Shown: one piece after another, positions 52,310 to 64,000 of the stretch
Numbering within the stretch: position 1 is the first letter of the stretch
Layout of the letters: each line of letters starts with the position of its first letter
Source: Octopus sinensis
Taxonomy: Eukaryota
Assembly (NCBI RefSeq): GCF_006345805.1
Contig: NC_043019.1
Coordinates: 1,116,001-1,180,000, forward strand
Direction of reading: 5' to 3'
Length of the DNA: 64,000 nt
Made by a program: the position numbers and the translations under genes
Notes under the pieces: generated by a model
Database searches by the model: none
Seen by the model: only the letters and a program-made list of their open reading frames with translations
What the model was told of the DNA's origin: nothing

Positions 52310-53160
52310 ACTTAGTTTTACTGGGAACTGGTACTGTTTAAATTGAAAGAAGAGTTCAGGTGGAATTACGGGATCCGTAGAAGGAAGACATCCTCACCCG
52401 TATATTTGCTTCTAGGATATGTGGTTATATCGCTTTCACCACCACTCTGGTGCCATTGCATAGACAAGATGGATTCAGATTCCTGAGCAGCATGATTGGG
52501 GTCCCCCTTTTTAAGTGTTAATTTATGTGGCGGCATCCTAGATGGCTGTAGAAAATTCGGGAACTCAGGTGAAAAAAACCCACAGCTTTGTCCTCATCAA
52601 TGATAGCGTCGATCAATTTGAAAGACTGTTCTTGTCCTAGCAAGAGCTGCAAGAGATCCCAATTAATTTTGCCTCCAGCATCATTACGTGGAGGTAAAAT
52701 AGCTCACACAGCCATTGACTTCTCCTAAAGTGTTGTGCAATGTTTGGAACATGTGCATTTTGAGATCACTGACAGTTGGTATCATCTCACCACAGGGTAA
52801 CTCGTGTTTCTGTTGCTGTTGCAATTCTCCATATAAATGATAGCAAAGTGAGTATCAAATGAAATTAAAATCCTGCCTCAGTGACAGATCGATCACGTGT
52901 GTAAAGTTTTAACGATTTTGTTCACAGCATATTCTCTCTTGCAATTAAATTTTGAAAAAGAGAGAAAATGTCACCCTCCCATGAGAAATTACGTTAGCTT
53001 GGCTCGTGTAGGTTGCATGGCATCGCCTGTAACACTTTCCAATGTCTAATATGTACATGTACGATCTTTAGTGGGTATTCCTTCGCTACAAACAGTATAG
53101 TTGTCAAACTCGGTCACAGGAGATCAGACAATTGTTCGTGAATTTCCATAAAATTTTTAT
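52310..53160 (-). pseudogene. Helitron PIF1-type helicase remnant
   Basis: PPHKLTLKKG and LRNLNPSCLCNGTRVVVK motifs on the minus strand, with frameshifts. Confidence 0.75.
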
Positions 53161-53627
53161 TTCTTTACTCTCTTTGGAAGGCGACATTTGCTTTAATGAG
53201 TCGAAAGCGAAAGGAGAGGAGAAAAGGAAAGATGTATGTACGCGTATATAAAATGGAAGTGTGCATGCGTGAGAGAGAGAGAGAGAGAGAAAGACAGACA
53301 GACAGACAGACAGCTAGAGAGAGAGACATTAAGTGAGTTAAGGTGTGTGTTGTCATCTATATTTTTTGCATGTAAGTGTAAGTAGCTCTCTCTCTCTCCA
53401 TCTCTCATACATGCACACACACATCGTTTATATAAAGTACATGCATACATATCTTTTGTATGGGTGTGAGTGTGTGGCAGAGAGATAGAAAGAGAGTAAG
53501 CGAGTGAAGGTTGTGTTGTCGAGTATAAGTAAGGGATCACTTTCACACATACTCTCTTTAATTTACACGTAAATACATAGATATTAAGGCATACATCTTC
53601 TTTGTATGTCTGTGTGTGTGGGTGAGA

Positions 53628-53668
<41 letters not shown>

Positions 53669-54038
53669 GATGTCTCTTTGACATGTATACAGTTTTTTTG
53701 GATGTATGTGTAAGTGGCACTCTCTGTCTCACACATACCCGCACACATTATCTTTCATATACACGTACATATATACAAACATATGTATACATCGTTTTTG
53801 TATGTGAGTGTGCGTGAGAGAGGGAGAGAGAAAGAGTGAGTGAGAGCCATTCACACAACAACACGCCTTCACTCACTCGCTCTATCACACACACATACGT
53901 CCATCATTCACTCTTTCCTCTCTTTCAATTTCTGCTCTCGAAGTAACGCAAGGATACCATGGACGGTTAAGAGGGAAAGGTCCCTTGAACCCCGTTCCCC
54001 TTTACCTGGTGATATAATTGAGAAGGTTATAGATTTAA

Positions 54039-54335
54039 AGTGAAGGTGCATGGCTAAGTGGTTAGAGCTTCGAGCTTACGATCGTGAGGTTGTGAGCTCG
54101 AATCCCGGACCGTTGCTCCAGTTCACTCAGCTGTAGAAATGAGTTGCGACGTCACGGGTGCCAAGCTGTATTGGCCCCTTTGCTTTTCCCTTGGATAACA
54201 TCAGTGGCGTGGAGAGGGGTGGCCGGTATGCATGGGCGGCTGCTGGTCTTCCATAAACAACCTTGCCCAGACTTGTAACTAGGAGGGTATCTTTCTAGGT
54301 GCAATCCCATGGTCAGTGTCGTGACCGAAGAGGTG
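54039..54335 (+). mobile_element. tRNA-derived SINE related to family D
   Basis: gtgaaggtgcatggctaagtggttagagc...gctcgaatccc...ttgctccagttcactcagctg. Confidence 0.85.
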
Positions 54336-55068
54336 CCGACTATAGATTTAAAATTGTAATATCCAGTCGAGTTGCTCCAATATAAGTCGAGTTGCTCCAA
54401 GAATATTAAAAATATCTAAGGTAAGTTATCATCTTATAATATTTTTCAATCCGTTTCCAAGAATAAATACTCACATCGGATTTAAATGTGAAACATCAAG
54501 TGTTAATAAGGCCAGTTGTTCTAAAAATATCCAAAATATGTATTGGAAGTTTATCAATTTATAGCATTTCCTAATCTTTATCCAAATAGAAATAGTCACA
54601 TCAGAATTAAGTATGAAATATCGAGTGTACTCACACTAATCTCATTAGGTCTATTCCACGAATAATTATTTGAATAATTCATGTAGAAATCTCTAACCTA
54701 TGTCACGGAAATATTGAACTTTAAAATTTATCAATCATATCGTATTAGTTGAAAGATACCCTAGAGTGTATATTGCCTAAACGACCGAATGAATAAATGA
54801 TTTATATCAGCGTAATAAGAGTTTTCACCGGGAGTGCTTCCGTATGAAGACCTATCGTTATTTAGAAAACTTACTGTTTCTTTTTCTTCTGAAATTTACA
54901 TAAGTTGTGTGTAACATCGAATTTTAAGTTTTACATTATAGCAATACCATTTATTTACATTATTTCCATTCGACGGATATTTGTCCTCCAGCCTTCATCA
55001 GATGTCTTTGAGAAATTTCGAACCTGGGTTATCATTTCTAAGGTATTTTTCGATGTGGTTGTTGTTTC

Positions 55069-55143
<75 letters not shown>

Positions 55144-55145
55144 CA

Positions 55146-57402
55146 TTAGTTTTATTTTTATAGCGTGATTTCACTTCTCTACCGAGCGCATCTCTGTGTG
55201 CATTGGGTATGTGCTGTGATTTGTTGTGATGCTGTGATGGTTACTGTATTGAAATTATTATTATTATCATTCAGTAGTTTTATTTTTATAGTGTGCTTTC
55301 ACTTCACTACGGAGCGCAGCTCTGTGGGCCTTGGGTATGTGCTGTGATTTGTTGTGATGCTCTGATGGTTATTGTATGGTAAGTGTTCTGCGTAGGATGT
55401 GTGCAGTGCCTAGTAGTGCAATTTTCTGTATGTTATATGTGTTTGTAAGTCCTGGTGTTTTTGTTATGTATTTGTCTGAATATTTTTATATCATGATAAA
55501 ATATTTTTTTATCCTACTATGATAGGAATTGTTTCTGTTTTTAGATTCCACATTCTGGTTACCTCTATTTCCAGGTCTTTGTATTTTGAGAGTTTCTCCA
55601 TTTCTTTTAGAGACACGTTGTCATCTGCCGGTACTGATACATCAATTAGAAAGCATTTTTTTTCTTCATGATCTCTGACAACTATATCTGGTCTGTTGGC
55701 CTTAATTTCTCTATCTGTGTGTATTGGCACATCCCAGAGTATGGTTGCTTTCTTGTTTTCTGTGACCTTTTCTGGTGTGTGCCTATACCATCTTTTTTCT
55801 GTTGTTATTCCATAATGTTGGCATAGCTTCCAATGTATGTAGGTTCCAACTCTGTCATGTCTGTGAATATATTCCTTCTGAGCCAGGACTGGGCAGCTAG
55901 AGATAATATGATTTATTGTTTCTTGTCCATCTCCACATATTCTGCAGTTACTTGTTATATTTCTTTTCATTACATGTTTTTGGTAATTTCTGGTGGGGAG
56001 GCTTTGGTCTGGTGCTGCAATTAAAAATCCCTCTGTCTCTGCTTTGAGTCCTGAGCTTCTCAACCATTGCTGGGATTTTTCTTTGTCTATTTCTTTTGCA
56101 TTTAGTTTAGTCCAGTATTTACCATGAAGGTGCTTTTCTTGCCATCGTTTTATCATGGTTCTTTGCTGTTCTAGTTTTAGTTTGGATTTCATTTGTTTTA
56201 TAGCTTTTGTTGTTTCTTCATCTTCTTCTTCTTCTTCTTCTTCATATTTGTTAGGTGGTATGATTTCTTGTTTGTATTTGTCAGCTTCCTTAAATACTGA
56301 GAACAGTTTTTTGTTTTGCTCGTGTTTTGCCGCTATCTGTATCAGTTTTCCTTCCTTCTGAAGTAGATATTTTTGTAGTCCTATGGTGGTTATTTTATAG
56401 TAGTTTTCCAGTTGTATAAGGCCTCTACCACCTTCTATACGTTGTATATATAGTCTTTCTATGTCAGATTTTGGGTGATGCATCCTAGATCCTGTCATTA
56501 TTTTTCTTGTTTTCCTATCTATTTTGGTCAGTTCATTTAGTGTCCAGTTAAGGATATTGTAGCTGTAACTTATAACTGGGACAGCTAAAGTGTTAATACC
56601 TATTATCTTGTTTTTAGCATTGAGCTCTGTTTTTAGTATTGATCTAACTCGTCTATAATATTCTTTTTTTATTTTCTCTTTCATTTGTGTGTGTTGTGTC
56701 TTATCTAGTTCATAGATTCCTAAGTATTTGTAAGTTTGGATTTGGTCTAATTCTTTTATTTCATTGGTTTTATCTAGTGTGATGTTGCTACTCTTTACTA
56801 GTTTTTCTCTTTTCATGGTTACTTTGGCGCATTTTTCCAATCCATATTTCATATCTATATCTTTGGTAAATCCATGAACTGTCTTTACTAGTGTTTCCAG
56901 CTGTTTGTCATTTGCAGCGTATAGTTTTAGGTCATCCATATATAAAAGGTGGCTGATCGTTTTACCGTAACATTTATATCCGCATCCAGTTCTATTTAGC
57001 ATATCAGATAGAGGTGACAGTGCCAAGCAGAAAAGTAGTGGAGAGAGCGTGTTTTCCTGGAATATTCCTCTTCTAATGGGGATGGATTTGGTTTTTATGA
57101 ATCCCTCTTTTGTTTGGATCTGTAGCACTGTTTGCCATTTATTCATAGAGTGTCCTATGAATTTTATAATTGTTGGTGCTACTTTGTTAATGGCTAGCGT
57201 TTCGAGGATCCATGTGTGGGGGTGCTATCAAACGCCTTTTTGTAGTCGATCCAGGCCATACTGAGGCCTTTCTTATTTCTGTGGCTGTCTTCAATTATGG
57301 CTTTATTAATCATTAGTTGATCTTTACAGCCACATCAGCCTTTGCGGCATCCTTTCTGCTCTTCTGGAAACAGGTTTGTTTTCGTCTAGGTGCTTGTTCA
57401 AC

Positions 57403-57405
<3 letters not shown>
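55146..57405 (-). mobile_element. 5'-truncated R4/Dong-like non-LTR retrotransposon with restriction-like endonuclease
   Basis: 545-aa ORF 55509-57146: YMDDLKL (RT), CRICG..ETINHIISSC (CCHC), RHD, RPDIV..LIDVSVP..KLSKYKDL. Upstream WIDYKKAFDS is frameshifted. Bounded by (TTA)n on both sides. Confidence 0.93.
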
Positions 57406-57467
<62 letters not shown>

Positions 57468-57538
57468 AGTCACTGCTTGGAATCGAACTCGGAATCATGG
57501 GGTTAGTAGCCCGCGCTCTTGACCACTATTATATGGGC
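57468..57538 (-). other. tRNA-like Pol III A/B-box segment in the PLE 3' region
   Basis: tagtggtcaagagcgcgggctactaacccc...gagttcgattcc; no complete acceptor stem. Confidence 0.6.
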
Positions 57539-58404
57539 AATTATGGAGTGAATTTTATGTCTTATAAAATTAATATTTTTCTATCCGTCCTTAATACCGG
57601 TTCCCATATACTACTCATATCTGCACTCGGTCTGCTTAGGAGGTTGTTGTGTCCTAGCATATGTGCTGCTTCTTTTAGTTTTCGTATTTTCCAGTAGTGT
57701 TCCATTGGTGCTAACTTCATCCCTGTCTATTATTTAAACTATATGGCCCCTCCCTATTTTTCCATACCTGATCAGCTATACCCGATTTATCAATATCTCT
57801 TCGGGTCACAGCTTTGCGATGTTCGTCTACCCTTATTTTGAGGGGGCGGCATGTTTCGCCTTTGTATAACCTACCACAGCTGCATGGGGTGGAGTACACG
57901 AGATTCTTAGTCATATTCTATTCTATTGGTGGTTTTACTCGAAGGAGATATTTCCGAAGTGTTGTATTAATCTTGAATACTGTCCTGATGTCACATGGGC
58001 CGCATATCTTTTGTATCGTTTTGGAGAGGCTTTTCAGATAGGGTAGACAGACTGTGGATAGTTTATTGGCCTCATCCTCTCTCGTCTTCATAACTGGAGT
58101 GGATAGTCTTTTTTGAGGATAGTTATTGATTAACAGATTGTTATTGAGCTTTATCATTCCTTCGTGGTGTATATCACGATCGTTACTTATATTCCTTGCA
58201 CGATATTTTAGGCACTGAGCAATCCCTCTCTTTACACTGTATGAATGTTGGGAATTGAAGTTGGGATATCGTCCAGTAAAGGTCGGTTTGCGGTATACGA
58301 ATGTCCTGAATCCATAGCCGGTGCGTGTTATTAATACGTCCAGGAATGCCAGCTGATCGAAAATACCATAGGAATGAGAAGCCAGGTTCGAAATTACCCC
58401 CAAG

Positions 58405-58448
58405 ACACCCGAAGAAGGCTGGAGGGTATATCAGCCGAAACGTTGTGT
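58405..58448 (+). ncRNA. Type I hammerhead ribozyme motif (U4-to-C core mutant)
   Basis: acac CCGAAGA a ggcug-gaggguauau-cagcc GAAA cg UU gugu; stems I and II perfect. Confidence 0.75.
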
Positions 58449-58881
58449 TAACAACAAACAAGATGAGGACAAAAATCCGTCGAATGTAAATAGTTTAAAT
58501 AATGTAAATAATGTACATAATTCCTCATCTCTTAAATATAAAACTATAGTAATACCAGTTCTTCACGGAGAGCCCCTGCGACAGCAGGGGATGCAGGGTA
58601 TTAGCGCCGGCCCTGCTGTAAGCAAGTTTATGACTTGTGGTTACAGTTAGGGTTAGTATTTAGCGAGTATGGTGTTATTGTAAATATTTACCAAACTTTT
58701 ATCTAATCACAATTATGTTTATCAGCAAACAACGTTTGTGTGAAAGTGTTGGTGTGAATGCGCACGCGACAGGACCGTACACAGAAATCTTATTTAGAAA
58801 AGCAATTTTATATACTTTGCTGTCAATTCATTGGATTAATCCCAACGTTTTTGGTTAAAATATATTGTTTCTTGTAATTAA

Positions 58882-59317
58882 TCTATACATATAAAGCTGA
58901 AGTTGTTTGTGTGTGGGGGGGGTAGCATTCAACTAACACTATCTCCTCCGAGAACCTGCAGCGCAAGTTGACCAAAATTGAGAGTATGATAGAAGAAGGC
59001 TTGCTCTTTATACCGTAAGAGCAAAAATTCAAATCGAACCAAGTTAAGACTAAAAATTATTTACATCAAAAAGGTGGGGTTTTTTTCTATGAAAATCAAT
59101 ATTTTTAACGATTTTTTATTGCTGTGTCGCCATTTTTCGGTGTATTTCAATATATAAAATGTTCACTTAAAGAGAATAACAAGCTACATAATGCAAAATT
59201 TTTACTTTCAAAAAAGATTGAAACTATGTCAAAACGTTGTTAGCGCCACATCAAAGTCTACCGTTTTAAGCGCAACTAAAAAAACAAGTCCCGAACAACG
59301 CCGAGCTATACTGCTAG
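58882..59317 (+). mobile_element. Non-autonomous Helitron-like element
   Basis: A|TC start and CTAG|T end; ends related to 28734-29126. Confidence 0.72.
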
Positions 59318-59853
59318 TTATTGAAAAAATGAGAAAAATACCATCCCCTCTTTTGCAAAAGAAAGTAATTTTGGCGGTAAGGACTAAAGCCCTTGTTTCA
59401 TTGTCAGAATTAAAAAGTGTTTATCTTTACTTTAAAAGACAAAGAGGTGGGATCGTTGACGCATGAGGGAGAATTATTCAATGAGAATCATTTACCTATA
59501 AAGCAAAAAAGCAAAACCGACGTATATGACAGGTATGTAAAACATGTTTCTGTTTACATTCTCTTCATTCGCATCAGCTGTAGAGATTGCTGCGCGCACA
59601 CAGAAACAGGGAAAATTTCCCGACATTTTACTGTTATTTTTAGCAGTTCATTTTCAGTTTAAAATTTAAAATTTGGTGGGGAGGTGCGGTTTAAAATTTT
59701 GAAAACATGTTTTTTTGCATACTGGAAATCACCGTCATCGAAAACATAAGAATCCGCAGAAAACGAAAATCGGAAGGGTCGTACAGAGGGGGGAGGGCTA
59801 CACCGCCTATATGTGAAGGGCCATAATTTGCCCCAACCCCGCAATTTAGTATA

Positions 59854-60082
59854 TATTTCTTTACTACCCACAAGCGGCCAAACACAGAGGGGACAAACAA
59901 GGACGGACGAAGGGATTAAGTCGATCACATCGACAGAGTGCGAAACAGTACTTTATTTATCGACCCCGAGAGGATGAAAGATAAAGTCGACCACGGCGGA
60001 ATTTGAACTCAGAACGTAACAACAGACGAAATACCGCTAAGCATTTCGCCCGGAATGCTAACGTTTCTGCCAGCTCGCCGCC
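59854..60082 (-). mobile_element. SINE A monomer
   Basis: Full consensus match including the head. Confidence 0.9.
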
Positions 60083-61077
60083 TCTTCATGCCAAATTTAG
60101 TATAGGTTGATCCAACGGTTTGACCGTGCATATATGTGTCAGTGTGTGTGGGTGTGGGTTTGGGATGGGTGCATTTTATTTTGCTAAAGTAAAAAATAAA
60201 ATTTCTTGGCAATGGTGATACTATATAAAACTGTTATGGACATGTTATTGATTCTAGTCTCTTTGATTAACTGTCAGTGAATATGAAATATTTTCGTTGG
60301 CGTTTTAATACATCGGTTGAGTTAATAGGTCTGAAAACAAATAAAAGTAACAAATTCACTAACAAGATGCGCAGTAAATTTATAACACTATGTCTTCATG
60401 TGGAGGCGCATGAAGCTATTTCGTATTCAATAAATGCACCAGGAAAATAACCAGCACTATGTCAAACTGTTCTAGCTTAATAGATATTGATCAGAAGTTA
60501 AGAGTGGCTGTGTGGTAAGTAGGCTGCTAAACAACCACATGGTTCCGGGTTCAGTCCCACTGCGTGGCATCTTGGGCAAGTGTCTTCTGTTACAGTGCCT
60601 TACAAAGACTGAAGGACCACAGCAATAAGTGTGGAAATCGGAGAGGATAATATGATGAATAAAACCATAATCTATTTTCTTTTACCGAAAGCCAGGTACC
60701 TTTCAGCAACCCCACGTGAATATAGATATATATATGTATATATATATGTGTGTGTGTATGTATATATATATAAAATCAAAATAAGCAACAAGGATATCCA
60801 TGGTAGTGTAGTACAATCGTTTCATGCTACTTTATTTTATTAAACAATGTAAGTATTACATCCGTTTTAAAATGTAGAGAAATCTTCAACCACATATAGA
60901 ATTTTAATAATTAAATGGACAATGTACATTTTTATACTTATTTCATTTACCAACATTACAAAGAGGGTAAATATATAGACAGAGAGGTTAATTTCATCAT
61001 TAAGAACAAGGTAGTGGAAGGTCCTTCTTCATCTGCAGATTTTTTATCACTACACATATATATATATATAATATATA

Positions 61078-61110
<33 letters not shown>

Positions 61111-61122
61111 CCATAAACGTTC

Positions 61123-61330
61123 CATGAACATTTTAGCGTTTATGTTTGTATTCATAGTAATTTCTCCGTATACTATGTATGATATTGCATCATAACCTGA
61201 GCGTGTTTGCACAATAACCATAGCATCAACAAGGCGGTGAAGTTATGAAACGATTGTATAAAAGTTGAGAAGCAATATATTACTACGATAATTATATTGA
61301 TGTTTACGTAGCATCTTGTGTATAAGACTC

Positions 61331-61361
<31 letters not shown>

Positions 61362-61605
61362 ATGTGTGTGCATTTATATATATATAAACTTATACAGAAG
61401 ATACTACATATATATAAACATAATATTCGTAGTAATATATTGCCTCTCAACTTTTACAAACGTTTCAAATCTTCACCGCCTAATTGATGCAATGGTTATT
61501 GTGCAAACGCGCTCATATTATGATGCAAAGATATATATATATATATATATATTATATATGTGTATAAATTGCTATGAATACAAACATAACGTTAAAATGT
61601 TCATG
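61123..61605. repeat. Diverged ~200-bp inverted repeat pair
   Basis: 61123-61326 versus the reverse complement of 61389-61605. Confidence 0.88.
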
Positions 61606-61774
61606 ATACGTCCATACTAACAGACTTGCGAAATTCTACAAAGAAACGTATGTTTTTGTCAAATATTACCACTCTTATGTAACATCGTATATAAAGGAAC
61701 TAGCGGCATCTCTAATTTTATGACCAGGATTTGTATTCTTCTAAATAGAAATGTGTGCGCATGTATAAACAAAA

Positions 61775-61846
<72 letters not shown>

Positions 61847-62112
61847 GCACATACACACACGTTGTATTTATGAATGACAGCAGGACAGACATTACGCAAA
61901 CATGTACATTAGCTCAAATTTAATGCGTTTGACGAAGGGCATTGAACTCTGGCTATAAAGGTCACTAATGGCGAAATAGCTGTAAGATCATAAAAGTTAT
62001 TACGAAACTTCTATTCTTTTCTCACATACTATATTAATGGAATATAAAGCTCTGTAGTGACCTACGATTTCAGATCTTCTCCAGGGAGGAAGAAGTCTGC
62101 AAATTCGCAACC

Positions 62113-62235
62113 GATTACAAATATGAATATATATAATGAGAATATATAAAATTAGTGCGTAATATATTTCTATATATAATTCGAAATGGAATGTATCTTA
62201 TGTATGCATACATAAATACACACACACACGCACAT

Positions 62236-62318
<83 letters not shown>

Positions 62319-62727
62319 ATTTGGTGATATCAAACAGTTCTTCTAATGGCTCAAATTTGCCTTTCTTGGGGCATTTGTCATATGAATGAAGAGTATTTTC
62401 GAGCTTGGACCGCATTGCTTGCTCGGAAATGATTGTAACTTCAGATTATCTCCGCGACTCTCTCCTTTCTGCCTTTAATTGTTTTACCAACAAGCACCGA
62501 CAAACAATCTGCTCTTTAAGTGGGATTTCGCTTCTGCTGGGTAGTGATGCTTCTCCTACAGGTACACGTCCTCTATATGAGTACGACTGGACACTGCAGG
62601 AAATTTCTCCTCCATTTCTCCTTGTTCTTAAAAACTTAGATTTCCCTGAATAACATAGCACTACCAGTCATTCGGAACTCGTTCCCGCCTTCGTTCTCGT
62701 TCTAAGGAGAAAATTTTTAACACTTTC

Positions 62728-62758
<31 letters not shown>

Positions 62759-62861
62759 GAAAGTGTTTATAAAAAAATATATGTATATTGGTTATTTATG
62801 TATTGGTTTACGTCTATCACTGCTTGAGTTGCATAATAGTGGTTTTATCTCTAATTTATAT

Positions 62862-62895
<34 letters not shown>

Positions 62896-63363
62896 AATAT
62901 ATATATATATGTATGTATGTATGTGTATATTTATATATATATATATATATTGTATAGAGGACATTATTAAACATAAATGCCACACGCTAGGAGGGACTTT
63001 CAAAGTCATTACTACCAAAAATAAACGAATCGTACCGAATACAGCTCTCGAAGCAAGATGAACAAAAGACGTAGATAATACGTTAATTGCGAAATCACAG
63101 GTAATCTGGAACTAAATTATGTTTCTAAATGTCTTGTTTCGAGAGCTGTATTCGGTACGACTCGTTTATTTTTTGTAGTAATGACTTTGAAAGTCCCTCC
63201 TAGCGTGTGGCATTTATGTGTAATAATGCCTCTATACAATATAAACAAATATTTTCAAGTGAAAAAATTATCAGATAATTTTCAGATTTTTTCTCTTACG
63301 AGGTTTTTCACGATTTTATCCTTAATTGTTAAATTTATATATATATATATATACATATATATA

Positions 63364-63394
<31 letters not shown>

Positions 63395-63515
63395 CTCTGT
63401 GTGTGTGTGTATTTATGTATGCATACATAAGTTACATTGCATTTCGAATTATATATAGAAATATATGACGCACTAATTTTATATATTCTCATTATATATA
63501 TTCATATTTGTAATC
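62113..63515. repeat. Outer ~120-bp inverted repeat pair (62113-62235 / ~63395-63515)
   Basis: gattacaaatatgaatatatataatgagaatatataaaattagtgcg and its reverse complement. Confidence 0.92.
62946..63243. repeat. Inner ~113-bp inverted repeat pair with 73-nt spacer
   Basis: 62946-63058 versus the reverse complement of 63132-63243; about 5 differences. Confidence 0.93.
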
Positions 63516-64000
63516 AGAAGCTTTACTTAGCCCCGGTTCAGTTACCCAACACCAAAGCACGGGAAAAGTGGGCTATTCGACAGACAAAGCCGCAAGCAAG
63601 CACACTATCCATCTTTCCAAGAGAAGAAGATGCTCGGATACTGAAGCCTCACATTCTTTATCAAACCCAAAAGCCCTGGTTACAGACAGTGACTCTGTAG
63701 AAGAGATTGAAGAGTACAAGTATTGTGAATATGACAGATTTGATAGAAATGATAGCGATAGTGATGGCACTTATTCCTCCACAAGAAGACACAGCAAATC
63801 TGCAGTTCGTACGAGACATGTAACTGGAACAAACGTGTCTACCAAAAAAAAAAAAAAATGAGAAAATCTGCAAACAGTTGTCAGAGGGGATTGATATCCC
63901 AGTTCCTAGACAGAAAGGCATTTACATAGGCACCCTTAAAGGAAGCTGGTCTTTCATTGATTAAAGAAAATGAAATTCAAGAAATCAGACAATAACTATG
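63516..64000 (+). pseudogene. DNA-transposase-like remnant; probable N-terminal part on the minus strand at 62318-62720
   Basis: GKVGYSTDKAASKHTIHLSKRRR...EGIDIPVP on plus and YDKCPKKGKFEPLEELFDITK on minus; resemblance recalled, not searched. Confidence 0.4.

Larger units (their letters stand above)
54945..58545 (-). mobile_element. 5'-truncated Penelope-like element: RT C-terminus and GIY-YIG endonuclease, 3' repeat at 54945-55065, inverted repeat at 58354-58545
   Basis: LAFLDVLITR..FRTFVYRKPT (RT), VYSTPCSCGRLYKGETCRPLKIRVDEH (GIY-YIG). The two terminal repeats are mutually homologous and carry hammerhead parts. Confidence 0.85.

Overview
AT-rich, microsatellite-dense animal DNA, most likely from an octopus (inferred from recognised SINE families and repeat landscape). 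No host protein-coding gene can be supported, and most ORFs in the track are translations of simple repeats. The window is a patchwork of mobile elements: several tRNA-derived SINE families, degenerate Tc1/mariner (maT-like), Helitron, Gypsy, CR1-like and RTE/BovB-like remnants, and a 2.1 kb 40-bp minisatellite. Four things stand out. (1) A ~2.3 kb R4/Dong-like retrotransposon sits inside the (TAA)n tract of a Penelope-like element (PLE) whose repeats carry a hammerhead ribozyme. (2) At least seven degenerate type I hammerhead motifs and several long fold-back hairpins occur, two with arms starting at the ribozyme stem III. (3) One SINE forms head-less multimers with seven junctions at essentially the same breakpoint, usually inside one target-site duplication (TSD). 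(4) A probable inverted-repeat-mediated inversion splits a transposase remnant near 62-63.5 kb. All family names come from recognition by eye, not database searches.
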